64,000 nt of DNA from Phoronis australis (Eukaryota; Animalia; Phoronida). Positions 27,031-40,839 of the stretch are shown piece after piece; the stretch's first letter is position 1; every line of letters begins with the position of its first letter. The translations under genes and the position numbers were made by a program. Below the pieces are notes generated by a model. That model was not told the origin of the DNA. It did not search any database and saw nothing but the letters and a program-made list of their open reading frames with translations. The stretch lies in assembly GCA_002633005.1 (NCBI GenBank), contig NMRA01000102.1:945356-1009355 (forward strand). The letters are read 5' to 3'.

Positions 27031-27227
27031 TTATGCAAATAAGAGGTAATAAATTGCAACACTAGATGTCACCACGAACCCAACTGGACCAGCGATTACA
27101 TGACTGGCTCCGTTGCACTTCTCTCCAGAGCAGACGCACAGAATACCGGAAGTTCCTCCCATACCGTATTCCTGACATTTATTTTCGCCAACAGAGACTC
27201 CGCAAGAACGAGTAACGACGGTTTTTT
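27031..27227 (-). CDS. Last coding exon of a Ly6/uPAR three-finger (quiver/sleepless-like) GPI-anchored protein
   Basis: Acceptor tttcag; peptide EKTVVTRSCG...CQEY...LCVCSGEKCN-GA followed by a hydrophobic GPI-signal-like tail and stop; phase 1 matches the upstream exon. Confidence 0.85.
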
Positions 27228-28232
27228 CTGAAACATCGTTAAGTTCATGAGCGAATACAGTCAAGACAGCAACACATTGAGTGTACTGTACTGCGGAGAG
27301 TTATTGGTCACAAAATGTAATAGTTGAAATTCATTTGCATATAAAATATCTATTTCTAAATAGTGACAGCATCGATGTTGAACAATAAAACATTTAATTT
27401 GAGCCTCATTAAATTCGAAAAGTATACATGTTCATTTGATAGCGAGGCTGACACCTCGACTTTGTATTGACCATATTGCCAGGAATCATGATTTAATACT
27501 AAAATCCCAAACAAAAACAAAAATTGTTTTATAGTTATGGCCAAGGCTAAACAATTCAAAAATCCACTCCACCCCAAAGCCAAAAACAAAAACAACATAT
27601 TTTTTCGGCTATTAATCCTGACCGATTGTGTCTTTGAAAGAATAGATCACCCAGGTTAGACGTGATTGGATTTCGTAAAAATGTTTTACACTGTATCTGC
27701 GATTTCAACGGGAAGGATTGACTATGCCCCGAAATAAGACCGCTATGGTAGACGTCATGATAAAAAATCAAGGTCACATATTTTGAGTAGTTAACTTCAA
27801 AAACATGAATGTAATTTACAGAACTAGTCATTCTCTGAGTGCTTGGCTAATCTTCCGCCACAAGTTGTTTTTTGTCGGAACGGGTGGTTTTAGTGCCCCT
27901 ATGGACAATTCGTTGTTTACACAGGGCTTTTCAATAAGGAGCTGTAGGTCGCACTGGCAAATCTTGAAAATGCAAACAGAAATCATGGCCAACTCGTATA
28001 AGTCGCACTTCTGCAGATTGGGCATTCCAGCTCCCCGTGATCTATGCGTGCGATTTGAATTTCGGAATTACAAGCTGGGATTATGGCCAGGTCGCAAATT
28101 TACGACCTGGAAAGTTGCATACTGTCGAGGGCTGTTTCCGCCTCAGACCCGGAAACCTAAATACTTCTTCGGGAACAGGCACAGCAATCGTTGTTAGCAA
28201 ATAATCTGAGCAGCATATAGAAGCAAACTCAC

Positions 28233-28364
28233 CATCATGGCTGGCTGTGAACTTGTAGCACGCGTTCAACGTTACGGCACATTCGACTTTGGTCTTGTTA
28301 GACGTAAAGGGGTCCGTGCAGCCTTTATCATTCAGTGATATGCAGGTGTAGCACTCCAGGGCAT
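28233..28364 (-). CDS. Internal exon of the same Ly6/uPAR protein
   Basis: ttttag acceptor and gtgagt donor; 132 nt, phase 1-1; ALECYTCISLNDKGCTDPF...ECAVTLNACYK gives the classic LxCYxC start and splices in frame to 27227. Confidence 0.85.
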
Positions 28365-31300
28365 CTAAAATAGAACTAACAGATATTAGCTTCTTTTTGG
28401 CCTCAAGCGCTCACATTTCTTTAAGCAATCGGAAAATATTCGAGTTCCTGGTTTCACCGACTTCCTTACTTAGAAATTCCTGTGAGTTGACCAATGTTGA
28501 TAGTTGACGTTTTCTTCTGTAGCTAACGAAGGTTCCTGAGAGTACATAAATATCCTTCGTTTAGGTAGTTTTGTTATTGTTTTGTATATAGTGATTGTTA
28601 TCATGTGATCAAATAAACGTAATTAACAGTATGCAAATTTGCACAGATGATGTTTGTGAATGGATGGCCGGAATGATGGTCTCCTTGAACAACCCATTAA
28701 ATTGTTTTTTGGCTCTCGACAACAACTTTTAGTTACTCAATCGTCAGAATGTAGATGACGCCTTCTGATCTCAGCTCAGAACTGTTGCACGCGGCACTTG
28801 AGACAGCACTGTCGGCTACAACTACAACCAGTAGCTGGTTTTTTTTAAATGCACCTCGCAGAATATATTTAAGTACATTTTAGTCACTATAAAGGCTGTA
28901 TTCCGATGATAATATATCCATTAATTTAAATTCTTGAAAAGAAAAAATGTATCGGTGAATACGGCGAATTTCAAAAAGTATCAACATAAAGTAGCCTATT
29001 CATGTCCATGAATAAATTTAGATAACTAGAAGATGGCACATATTCATGGAAGCTTCAAGGTTCATCACCAGTGGAAAAGAAGCGAAAGATTTTATGAAAC
29101 TAAAAGGCCTAACTTGATTTGCATCTTAAGCAAGTCAAACTGAGCGAAATGCAGCATCAACGAGATTTGAATTTACGAGGAAGCCAAGCCTGAAGATTAG
29201 ACCTCTGCCGAGATACATGTATTACAATGATAGGCGACATAGCCATCGTGGCCAACCATAGAGGCATGCAGAACTTCAGTCCACCCTATATAAACAATCT
29301 CAGGCATCTGTTTGGCATTATGCTCCAGCTTGGCTTCGACCGGACAATAACTAGTAATATCGTTGGCCGTTCAGATGAAAATGTAGCGTGTAATTCGGCT
29401 CGTAAGTACGACCGAGATTTCTCTCGTGTTTCAAGTGTCGCGCGCAATTACAAACGTGATTTTGATGATGTATTAGGACCGAATTTTTTCTCCCGTATTT
29501 ACGCTCGCAATTACGATCGGGATTACGCTCGTAATTACGAGCGTAAATATTTAACTTTGCAGAAATTTAAATTTAAGCCAATCAGTGTTAACCTACATAC
29601 ACGAAAAACAAATATGGCTGCAAATGGAAGATGTGGAAATTTTCTGCTGAATGTCCGGCAAATTGTAAACGACATGTGTCGACGAATTTGTGCGCCTACC
29701 GTGGAAACAGGTGTCCGCCATTATGTAACTCAAAGGTAAGTTACTTTCTGTATGGTGGGGCCGGGATGCTGGGAAACTTACGATACCCACACATTCAGAG
29801 CGTCAAAGCATTCCCACGTGACATATCCCATTAACAGAGGTGTCAACCGATTTTTAAAATGTGGTCGGAATATTTTTGTCTTATTTTCCAGGAAACTGAA
29901 GTTTATGAGAAATAACGTGGTGATTTTTCAAGGATCCATATCAAAAGGCCGGAATGAAAAATATTTAAAAATTACATTTGTCAGAATGCTGTCTGCCGCT
30001 TTTCCGTACATGTCGTTTCTTAAAAATTGTGACACTACAAAAATCCAACCTAAAGGATTTTTTCACAGTTCACCCTGTTAGAACAAATAATTAGGAACGG
30101 CCATTTTCATTTCCATTGGGTCCAACATTAGTCAACATAAGAATGTTTAAAGTCCATTTTGGTGAGATAGTAACTGGCCAAACAGTACATGTACTTAAGG
30201 AGACCGAAAAACTGATCAGGGCTATGAAATCACATGAAAACACTTTAAAAATTTAGTCTGTTAGACCGAACAACTATGAATAGCTAGTTCCCTCTTTTAC
30301 TTTAATTGGCCCAAGGATATGAATTTTTAATTCCATTTTTGTGAGAAGTATAGCTCGACTTGACGAAAATGATATGATCACTTTAGAACTTATGCATGCG
30401 TACGAGGTCGACAGGCAGCCGAAATGCCCATTACTATGTCCATCTATCTGTTGACGGCTCTACACGAAATGTTCTCATATTTCAGATGTGACCAATTGAT
30501 AAATAATGTGCTTAGGGCAAGGGCAGTCTGTGTACGGAGAGGGAGTCCGAGCCTATTACTGGTTTCATGAGACAAAAACTTTACTGGAAAGTAATAACAC
30601 AGGTACAACCACCTTTTAAAACAGATCAGTGACGCACTTGAAACCATCTCTGCATGTAACTAGGCCCACGCGTCTATATTCAAAAGTAATGTATTCTTTT
30701 TCTTTTGCATATTGACAGAATCACCTATGCTTCAATATGCAGGCGCAGGCAGCTATTTGCATTTGTTTTCTGAGAAAATGTATAACTGTAATTTTCTATA
30801 TGGTATTTGGAGAACTAACTGGTTTAAGTTTAATGCATGTTACGGTTTTGGTCTTGGGAAAATTAAATGTCTGGTCTCGGGTTATCTGTAGTTCTATCTG
30901 TATACACAACACCATGGATGTGTATTGGAAAAATGGAAAGGTTCAAAGAAGACCATATCGAAAGAACAACTCTTGTTTTTGACTGAAGTAAAGATGACCA
31001 GCCAAGTCATAGTGAATTGCCTTGGTGTGACAGTCGACAAAGTAGTCAAGACCTAGGTAACTCATAGTTGGGAATGCAGCATGCTATTTGTGACCTTGGT
31101 CAAACGAGAGACAAACAGAGCAGAAACCGAGAACAGTAGAAACATTAAAAGTATGAAACTGATTTTTACAGTGTAAATTAAGCTCGAACTAAACTGATCA
31201 CCAATCTTTGGTGTTTGATTCCGCTTCTCCGAGATGCAACGGTATGATTCGTAGGTTTACCTAGAGAAACTGTAATCTACGTGCATGATATCGGACAAAA

Positions 31301-32149
31301 AAACTTGGAAATGAAGTTTTTTTCATTTGATGGACATGCATATCAACTGTTAGAAAACAGGCTTTATGCTCTTAGTGAGAAAATTTGGTATAGATCTGAA
31401 ATCATTTATCAACAGTCATTTCTTGTGTTACATGCCCTGTAATGAAACTGCCATGTCATTAAATATTTAGGCCTGTTGTTGTTACTATTAATTAGCTACA
31501 TGTAATTGTTGTGTTATTATAGTAGCGCAAGTTTCATCGTTGTTGGGTCCCATTTAGGCACGGTACATGCACCTGGAAATAGCGCACAATGATACACGCC
31601 TCTGGAAATTACAAAGGTTGGGCCGATACTTGTGGTGCCAAATGTTGTCATGGACATTTTTCTTCAACATCTCTTACAGAGTATTCAGCGACAGAAAATG
31701 ATCATTTTGCCAGCTATAGTTTCAATTGCATTTCAGAGAACATGATATTCGTAAAAGAACCCCCAGTACAATTGAATACTGAAAGGGCAATGCTTATATG
31801 ATGAGACGAATAACACGGCAAACACAAATAAATTCATAGTTACAATATGTTGTTAAGACCAACATGGCATTGTTAATAGCTTGTCTCTATCAGAGTCTAT
31901 TACTTACAACTTGAGTAAACGTGATGTCCTGACAAGGCAATGGAATGGTTGCAAGGTGCAAATCAAAGTGTTTTAACAGGCTTGATTCTTTGGATTCTGA
32001 CACCAGTGATTTGCCTTTATTAATCATGACGCCATTGCAGGCATTGAAATCTAAACTACAGTCATATCTGTTATTCCTTTTACCACTGACACGTGTGACC
32101 ATGATGTCTGGTGTTGCAATGGGCAGATACATAGATGACAAGAACACTT

Positions 32150-32520
32150 TTATCGATTCAGGTATGGCTGCCCTTTAAGAAAAAGAGTAGAGCTTGGAGG
32201 CGAAAATAACGCAGTTTGCAGTTTAATGGAATAAATCAGAGAGACGAACAGAGGGGTGCACTACGAGACCTGTTTGTTCACAATCAGCCTATTGAAAGGT
32301 TATGGGTGGACCCAAGGACTGGCGTTACCAATGGGTTTTATGACTTGCACTACTACTTAGAAAGTACGCAGATACTCAGTGTTGACAATAATAATCACCG
32401 ATGGGCTCTTCAATATATATATCCCTCCCTATGATGAATGAGCAGATAAAAGATTTCACTGAGCAGTAGCTTGCGTTCTGAGGGAACGACTACACCTATG
32501 CAGCTATTTATTCAAGGTGC
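32150..32520 (+). pseudogene. Integrase-core (IS3/IS481-like DDE) transposase fragment
   Basis: YGCPLRKRVELGGENNAV (cf. YG.P.R.R.D.GGEN), VHNQPIERLWVD (cf. HNQRIERLW.D), YYLE...L..DN..HRWALQYIY, and TPMQLFIQG. Confidence 0.8.
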
Positions 32521-33210
32521 AGTGGCAAACGTTCATTCCAACCTCACTGCAGTTAATGACATGTTCAACCCTGCCTATTAACAAGCTGTGAATGAAGCTC
32601 TGATGGAAAAAGCGCAGCACCTAGTGCAAGTGGACACTCCCTCGACAGTTTTTCCCATTTCCGATGATGATCTGCAGATTATGATTGGAACCAACAATCC
32701 AAGTGAGAGTTCCTTTGACAATAGTGTATTAATGAACTCTCATAACTCGCTAAACAACTAAGAACCAGTTGGAGACAGGGAGTTGTTCCTCATGAGTGTT
32801 CAAACATGACAACAAATACATTCCTGTTGTACTGACTATGGTGGCTTTGTTTCTACTACCTCAGAGTTTGTCACCTCGCATATTAATGTGTAGCTCTCTG
32901 TGAGGAGATTTGCATCCCTCAGGTACTCCACGGACCTGTATATACATGTACACTGTACTCATACAACCATAGGGCTGCTATTTAATACCTAACAGCAACA
33001 AACATATCAGCGAAGTCTATATAATGTTAAGACGCAATGCACGTGATTGTTCATAAAATCACACATATCTACAAGAAAACAAAAGTTATCGACCAAAATT
33101 CTTGATATCTACTTGACACAAAATGGACAAATACCAATGCGTTTAACTGCCTTCTAAGGGCCACTAGGAGCAAGAGTCGAATCAGCTCCAAAACCAGAAG
33201 AACAAATTAT

Positions 33211-35270
33211 TTACTGCAGGCTAAACTCCTAACACATGTCGATGGTATTCTCACAATTCACCATGAAAGCGTCCAAGGTAATTCCAATTGGTAACTTAAC
33301 AGTTAATGCACATGTACCCACCTGCAGGAATTCACCTCAATTCTTCTTTGATTTATTTCACACATGAATTCCTTGTGCAAAAATTCAATTGTCACATGAG
33401 GGTCATGTAGAATCGGTGGCACTGTATCAGAGGCAGTAACGAATCTCATCATTATGTGTAGTTTCCGTTTTTCTGCAGTTGAATCATAATTTTCACTCTC
33501 AAATTGTGCTTAATGGAATTTCGAGCACCGTTCCGCATGGTTTATGATCCAGCTGATCTGATTGTTTGAGTAGAAAGACTTTCATAGGTCAAAGCCCAGG
33601 AGCACAGTTAATGTCCTAATGATTTTAGACATTCAGGCTGTTCTCCCTGGTTTGTTTCCATATGCATTCGTGAACTTTATTTCACATCATTTTACTGTAC
33701 CTCACAATGAGTACACTGCTAAAATTATCGTTCCATACCTTCCTTTAAACTTAGGAAATTCCCCCGATTTTCTTCATGGAATTTATTGCTGTCGAGTTCA
33801 CTTCCAATCGAAGACTGACACAGTCAACTTTTTACACTCATAGAGGAAAAGAGGTGTCAAATTTATGTTGCGGTAAGATTTGAACCCATGGCCATCACAC
33901 CATCCATACCAGCGATGAACCCGAAAAAACAGCGCAATCATAAAACTTCTCTACACGGTGTGTGAAAAGGCCGAAACAGTGACTTTAACAGCATTTTATG
34001 TATCAATGCAATTACTTAGTTCTGTGAAACAAGCCCTGATTACATGTTATTGGTTAAAGGTTGATGTTAAAGATGCTATGTCTAATTTAAACAAGATTCT
34101 CTACTGAGCAAGAAACACACTGCTAATAAATGTCTTTTGTCCTGTCCACGCAGACGAGTTGAGCTTTTGCCGACGAAATCTCTGCTCTGTCTCTGTGCAA
34201 GTGGGCTTGGTACTGAACACCTGCACACTGATGTGACCAGGTCCCAACAGTCTTCAACAGCACTGGGGAACTCTTCAATTGCGATGTCCTCTATCTGAAA
34301 AAACATGTAAATTTAAAGTCATATATTTTTGTCAAATGCTATAGAAATATATCACGTTATGCTGCAATGAACGATCACAGGAATATTGCTGCTTGTTTCC
34401 AGTGACATTCCAGTGGCCTTCTGAAACCACAAGTCAAATAACTATATAATGCTGCAGGCACACAAGGTCGACGGTGTTATGATGAGGTGCTTTCGTGAAC
34501 ACAGTGACTGCGTACATGTATGTTTCAAATATTCACCGACAATTTGAATTTTACGGGTTTATATTTGTATTCAACGACGAGTAAAATGGAGAAAAAAAAC
34601 GTAAAATAGACAGAAAACAAGTTAGTGGAATGCACTGATAATATAATCAAAACTTGTAAATCCACTGTAAGATTAAAATAATCACCTTTCTCACCCCGTT
34701 TCTCAAATCATAATCCATAATGTTTGCTGCAATTACTGACTTTTCTTCTTGATGGAGAAGCTTAATGGCAAGTGGACCAAAGATCTTGGGGAGAGTACTA
34801 CCAACCAAAACAGAATACGCCAGAAGTTTTCCCACGCCATTATGTTGTCGGTTCCTCAAAGCTGGAAATGGTTATGGAAATATTTAAAAGACATTTGCAT
34901 ATAACTCCAATGCATCTCACACTTGTAATTCCCTAAACTCGATAACTGAGATAAGAATGTGTTAATTTCCGAAAAGTCACCAAAATGTGAAATATGTAGT
35001 CTATGGTAAATATATCATAATAACACGACTTTCTATAGAGCAGCAACAGTACTCAATCCCTCTGTACTCACCATCACCATTACGTCATAACCCTTTATTA
35101 GACTCATTTCCTTCGAAAATGGTGCCATCTTGTGCAATTTCACCCATCAGTAGGCGGAAGAACTCTTTAGTGAGTCCACCATCATCCATTCAGGGTCCTT
35201 CGAATAAAATCAGTGAAGATTGACTGCCATTTTTAATCTGCCGTCCGCTAAATTCCTCCAAATGAAAAGT
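33211..35270 (-). pseudogene. Multi-exon HECT-type E3 ubiquitin ligase (G2E3-like) pseudogene within the transposon
   Basis: N-lobe MDDGGLTKEFFRLLMGEIAQDGTIFEG (~35110-35190), GVGKLLAYSVLVG..LPKIF (~34780-34840), C-lobe MRFVTASDTVPP...VTIEF and QVGTCALTVKLP with the catalytic Cys codon at 33310-33312, C-terminal EFSLQ*; frameshifts and stops present. Confidence 0.75.
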
Positions 35271-38200
35271 AGGTCACAACTGGTGAGAGTTCCTGAGATA
35301 TGTAGGTTTTTATGATCTTCTAATGAAATATTTTGTTTAATAAACTCAGGTTCATACATATAGCTAGAGTATACATGCTTCTTGTATGTCCTAGACAAGA
35401 AGTTAGATTCAGTATGTTTAGGGTTGTGCCTACCTTCTGATGAACTTCGCATTTTTGTTGTTTCATTGCATAAATGTGGCAATATGTCAATTAGCAGATG
35501 GAAAGATAACTCGATTTCATATTCTGAGAACCACCTTAGCAGACGAACTAACCAACACCTTACGAATGAAATGTTTGTACAAACATGACAATTGCATTTC
35601 ACTGAAATGATTTTCAAAAGGAGTACTTACCCTGGTTTCAGTCCTAAATGAAATATCGACGTCACCCTCCACAGTATTGTATATTCCAGGAGGTGCGAAT
35701 TATGCTTGTGGAGTTTGCTTGAATTTAAAAGAGATCGCTAAACACGAGAAGGTATAACTTTACATCCAATCATTTTTATGTACAAGTATGGTTTTACAGC
35801 TACACAATACGGTAGTGGTTAAGAGATGAATTGTCTCACCACTCGATCTCGTTTTACCCATTACATTTAGTAAATCCAAATGACAACCTTCAAATTAACT
35901 CATCATTTTCAAGAAGTCACAAAATCACCCAACGAGTCCTCAAAGAGAAAAGAATCAACTGCCAGTTGATTACACATTTACCTTGATCAACTGTCAACGT
36001 TCCACAACACCAACTCTGAAAACAATCGGTTATCAATGTGCTTCCAAGGCATTCATTGAGATTTATTTTGGTATAATATACATTTTATCTAATTGTAAAA
36101 AATAACAAAGAACGCAAAAGCAGAAAAATGACTTGCCAAGGAAGCGAATCCCAAAAGCGAGAAGCAGCCGATTAAAATTATTTTTTAAAAGCATAATGAA
36201 CATAGCTAGAAGCGCACAGAAAGTCCTGCAAATGCAACAGACAGTGTTTGGAGAATACAAGGTATAACATAAATATGTAGTAATGTGTTCTCAAGTTAAG
36301 CTTTAACAAATATTTAGTATTTTAGACTTCCTCAGTGAAAAACATGATATCCAGGAAAAATATCTGGATTGCGTGCATCAATAAGTGTGAATCTTAGAAG
36401 TGCTTAACAACAGGTACTACAATTGCAGGCAACAGGAAACGGGTCCGCAGCAAAACACCCTACCTACTGTAGTGCATTGCTGCTCCTCTAAAAAATTAAC
36501 ACGTGAATTAGGTTTGTTCACGCATTCAAATACAAAAGTCGTCACAGGATCGACGATTACATGCACATTAATGGTAGTCAGAGAATAAACAATTTTAAAC
36601 TTTTAAACAAATACCTGCTTATAATCTATACAAACAGTGTACTCCTGCACTCAACGACAAGGGTCATAGAATAATGAACTTGGAACCTTTTCTAGACTTG
36701 AGAAAATCAAAATAAACTCAATAACAATTTAATATATCATGGGTCAAAAATGAAATCTGTTTGCCTAAAGTCAATCAGTTTGTTGCATAACTGCACATTC
36801 GTGTACTTAAATTCGTGAATACAAAAGATCCAAATTGTCATCAATCTAGTAACTTGCTCCTCAAAAATTATAAACTGAATTGTAGTCTTAGTAACTAACA
36901 GAGCACGTAACTGTACGCCGCAAACAATGGTTCAAATGTTTGCTCTGACCACTGAATGGACCCTTGCCATCCTGTTAAGTTGGTGCAATCAAAAGATAAG
37001 CTGGAATGGCACATTTTTTCTGGCCTTGATATTGGATGGGGCGGTAATGCCCAAGACTTTCAGAGTTGCAACCGGTTCACACGTAAGTGATAGGCAATAC
37101 TTTTGCTACCAATTGACATCTGTCTACACATACCAGTTCATCACCCACTTCTTCAATATCTGGCATCCCGTTGTCTGAATCTGCTAGCTGTGCATCTCCT
37201 ACTTCAGGATGTTCAACTTCTTGGTTAATGGAAGGTACGCACAGGCTATGAAGCAATGCAAAGAAATAATACATTCAAACATTCATACAAAACACCCCGA
37301 TTACACTTGAGCTTTGAACGGAGATACAGAAAAGACTACAACAAGTGGTCAAAATGAACGTCAATACACATTTCACGATAGAATTTTCGGAATTGAAAAT
37401 TTAAGAGGAAGATGCTACAATGGGTAGAGCAATTCAGAAATGTCAAAAATCGGTGCTTATTTGGAATATTTCCTGGCAATACGCAAGCTAAGAAACATGA
37501 AATAATCCGACTACCTACACAGCACACACTGTCAGACGTGCAGTTCCTTACTTTGAAGACCTCAAGTACATGCACTGACAACCACACGAACGCACTTCCA
37601 CACCAGGAATATACCTCAGCAGACGCCCTAATGCACCAGTTACCCAGACGACGGCCTAGGTTAATAATTAGCAATAATCGCGCGATCTAGTATTTTCCCT
37701 GCGAACACGTTTAATATCTTTTCAACAAATGGTGCATCTGGGGGATACCGCCACCATATTTGGGCAAAGTTAGTATTTTTCGTTTGTATGGGACTCCTCA
37801 CAAGCCAAAGATAGACGCAGCACTTTCCTACACTTAACGTATAATCCAGTATTATGATTAGTTACAACAAATACACGCCTGCGTAGCTATATCTAAGCCA
37901 AATCTAGGTAAATCAAACCATGAACGCCTGCTTGCTATACAGATGCTATATTGTTGTAGGTACGACCGAGGTTAATACTTAAGGCTAACATGTACAGTGT
38001 ATGGTCTGTTTCAAAATGTTCATTGCGTAGGCTGTTCCTGTGGTCTTCGAAAGTACTCTTCAAAAAATCTGGGTAACAAACGTTTAGTCTTGGCTCTCGA
38101 GATTTGAAAGCTAGTGGCCCCTTTGACAACTAGCGAGTTTTAGTAAAGACGTATGTCTGCATACACCTATGAATACGTAAACTCTGCCCTAGCAGCATGC

Positions 38201-38299
38201 TCGTGAATATCATTTTGGATCGACTACTTACTGTTCCAGTATCCAGTTCTCTACTTTCGAGTTCGTTTTCCTTTTGATGAAGCAATGGGAGTATCTGAA

Positions 38300-38520
38300 T
38301 GATTTTTTTCATTTTTGCCATTTTCAAGTTCACAAAGCACATTCTTTTTGGAGATTCCTCCTTCCAGGTGTAGATGTACAGTAGGTGTTAAAACCTATTG
38401 GCACGGAATGGCCACACGCTTTAAAGTCTAACAACTCTTCAAAAGTGACTGCATATCGATGCAATACCAAAGAGGTAATAAACTCTAGTTTTTCCCGAAG
38501 TTTTTAAGAGAATAGGAGTT
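38300..38520 (-). pseudogene. Possible second HECT C-lobe remnant
   Basis: VTFEELLDFKACGHSVPIGFNT; removing a 5-bp TACTGTA-type insertion (38377-38383) continues it as YIYTWKEESPKRMCFVNLKM, resembling L.F.TG...P.GF...P...TC...L.L. Confidence 0.4.
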
Positions 38521-40700
38521 AGTAGTTGAGAGTCCAGTTCTTAATTATATGTAGCGGCACTTTCTTAAATGAAGACAATTTTGTAACACCTCAAAAGCTA
38601 TCAAAGCATCAAATCAACTTATTTTCTACGTAACAGTAAATGTACTAACACCTGATCTTTTTGAAAAAGGCGTACCTGATCGGGTACAACATATATGCAG
38701 AAGGTTTTATCTGCAATACCATTCCTTCCATCTTGAAGTGTTTGAATGCTGGTGGAGTATTCACTTATGGTGGTAGGGGAACAATCTGCTTAAAAGTGTT
38801 CAGGAGGTAAAGTTTGATGGGGATATTTTGTAGGAGACCTACACACGTGAAGGAAGTTTTGGAAGTCATAGCGGCGGGGTTGACTTCGATTGGGAATTCG
38901 ATTTTAATGCCTGAAGCAAGGAATGGGCTGTCTGAAATCAGAATGAGTTGGAAAGGTGTAGACATGATAGATGAAACAATCTGAATCAACACTTGATACA
39001 ATAGACTCTCATATCCTTCGACAACATTAATTGATTATTAAAACTAATTCAAGCAGATGATACAACTGTAGAATTTAAAGACGGGCACTAACCCAGATAA
39101 AGACTGTTTAGTTGTTCTTGAAATGCCCGCATTGATGTACACGTGAAGTTTTGCATATATCCAACCTTTGGATGTAAGTCAACGTGTATAGAAAAACAGT
39201 GGTTATTCCTGACAGTGTATTTTGACATGATGACAAATTAAAATTGTCAAAGTAATTTAAGATTAGATTAAGGTATATCTAATTTGAAAATGTGCTTGCA
39301 GGTACATGACAAGTTTAAGCTACCAGCAATTCACTCTATGAAAGTGTACAGAGATTAGCCTCAAACCAACTGAGTTGATCAGAGGTTTGGTTTTGTTCAC
39401 GCCCACTAATTGTCACTCAGCACTGAAGAAACGCATTGCACAAGCAACTCCATTAAGATAAAAGTGAAGGCACCAACCTTTCTGCACTTCTTTAACAGCA
39501 ATGGAGATTTGACGTGAATTCCACCGCGTGGACTGTGAAATGGATCTCCTTCTTGGCTGTGGCTGTCGACTAGCTCTAAAACTTTGGAATCTAAAGAAAA
39601 AACAGTCATTGAAGTTAAGAGATTTTGCAGTAATGTATTCATTAAAGTACCATTCGCTCAGTCGATTAATTGTCAAATAAGAATACTTACAAACGTTATA
39701 AGACCAGACGTTATATAGATGATCTTCAGTTACGAACATTTATTGGTCGTCACATATACAACGCGAAATCGGGAAAAGTAATCGAAGCATTAATCATTCT
39801 CCATTGACAATAGCAATGTCTAAAGTGTGAAATTTCACATTGCTGTTTCCCTATGGTTGTCGTGGTTGATGGTATAGAACTGGGAAACCATTAATTAGTT
39901 ATCGTTACAACTCAGCAATGATGCTGATAATGTATTAAATTGTTAAAACAACGTAAATGTTGGTTTTGAGCGCTTTATTATCGGGTGAAAAAATATGCTA
40001 CATGCATAACAAATCCATAAGTGTGTTTTATCGACACTGTCTGTGCCGTGGTCTCGGAAATTGCACATTAGCCTTGGCAAAGCAGGACGGCATGGATGAC
40101 GTTCATTGATTCCCAATTTGGGTACAGAGGTACCTGAACATATATTGTACAAATATATAATTTATATTACTTACGCTTGTCTGAAGGAAGTCGAAGCACT
40201 TGTAGCCACCGGATTAGATTGGTTCACCCGAACAAGTTATGCTAATTCCTCGCGAAAGACATCCACCATTCTCAACAGGAACAAATGAGCTGACGCGTAT
40301 GCGTTAATTGTAAAATTGCTTTTGATTGGATAACCACATTCGATTCGTCTTTTTACGCTCATAGTGTACAAGCATAAAGTACGAGAGAAAAATGCTAGAG
40401 TAAAATTACGGGCGTGAAATTACGAGCTTAGAAGCACGAGCTTAGAATTGTGAGCAAAAACTACGAGCGTAAAGTTACGGTCGCACAGACTTGTTCAGAG
40501 CTCACGTGACCCACAAGCCACTTTCGCATTGGATATGACGATCTTCGTCGTAATTACGAGGGAAATCTTACGAATGTAACTACTCGCGACACCCACCCGA
40601 AAGGTCTACGATAGCGACACTTGAAATACGAGCGAAATTTCGGTCGTAATTACGAGCGCAAGAACTGGCGACACTTTCAACAGAACGGCCAACGAGAATA

Positions 40701-40839
40701 ATTCCGCCCAAGCGACGTACGAAGCAATGGGGATTTACCAAGTGTGTGGCACGCATTTTCTACCGCCGGATTACGATGGAAGAGTCATGTACGCTGAATT
40801 GATGAAGGTCTCTGCAAATCAACGTCTGGAGAACGGTGC
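40701..40839 (+). pseudogene. THAP-domain fragment, 5' part, interrupted by the LINE
   Basis: YQVCGTHFLPPDY...QRLENGA joins after the LINE to VPSLLIP, giving the THAP C..HF and AVP boxes. Confidence 0.8.

Larger units (their letters stand above)
29355..40700. mobile_element. ~11.3 kb TIR-bounded DNA transposon, IS3EU-like, decayed, with integrase-core and HECT cargo
   Basis: 29361-29441 matches the reverse complement of 40614-40694 without gaps (67/81 by manual count); subterminal TTACGAGCGTAA-type arrays at both ends; internal integrase and HECT pseudogenes; no TSD visible. Confidence 0.7.

Noticed and set aside
27228-27264. N-terminal part of ORF 27031-27264 as a single-exon peptide
   Set aside because: Lies upstream of a good splice acceptor and is intronic once the 28233-28364 exon is joined.
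29380-29550. Short palindromic repeats resembling a CRISPR array
   Set aside because: No constant repeat/unique spacer periodicity, no cas genes, eukaryotic context; they are mirrored at 40380-40690 as transposon subterminal repeats.
29227-29739. 170-aa ORF with RNYDRD-like repeats
   Set aside because: It is a translation of the TIR and TTACGAGCGTAA subterminal repeats and crosses the element boundary; not a real protein.
29831-30080. Possible small Tc1-type MITE (taacagaggtg...caccctgtta)
   Set aside because: Inverted match is only ~10 bp and imperfect; insufficient support.
29349-40706. Target-site duplication for the 11-kb TIR element
   Set aside because: Flanks aactag and attccg do not match, so no TSD is claimed.
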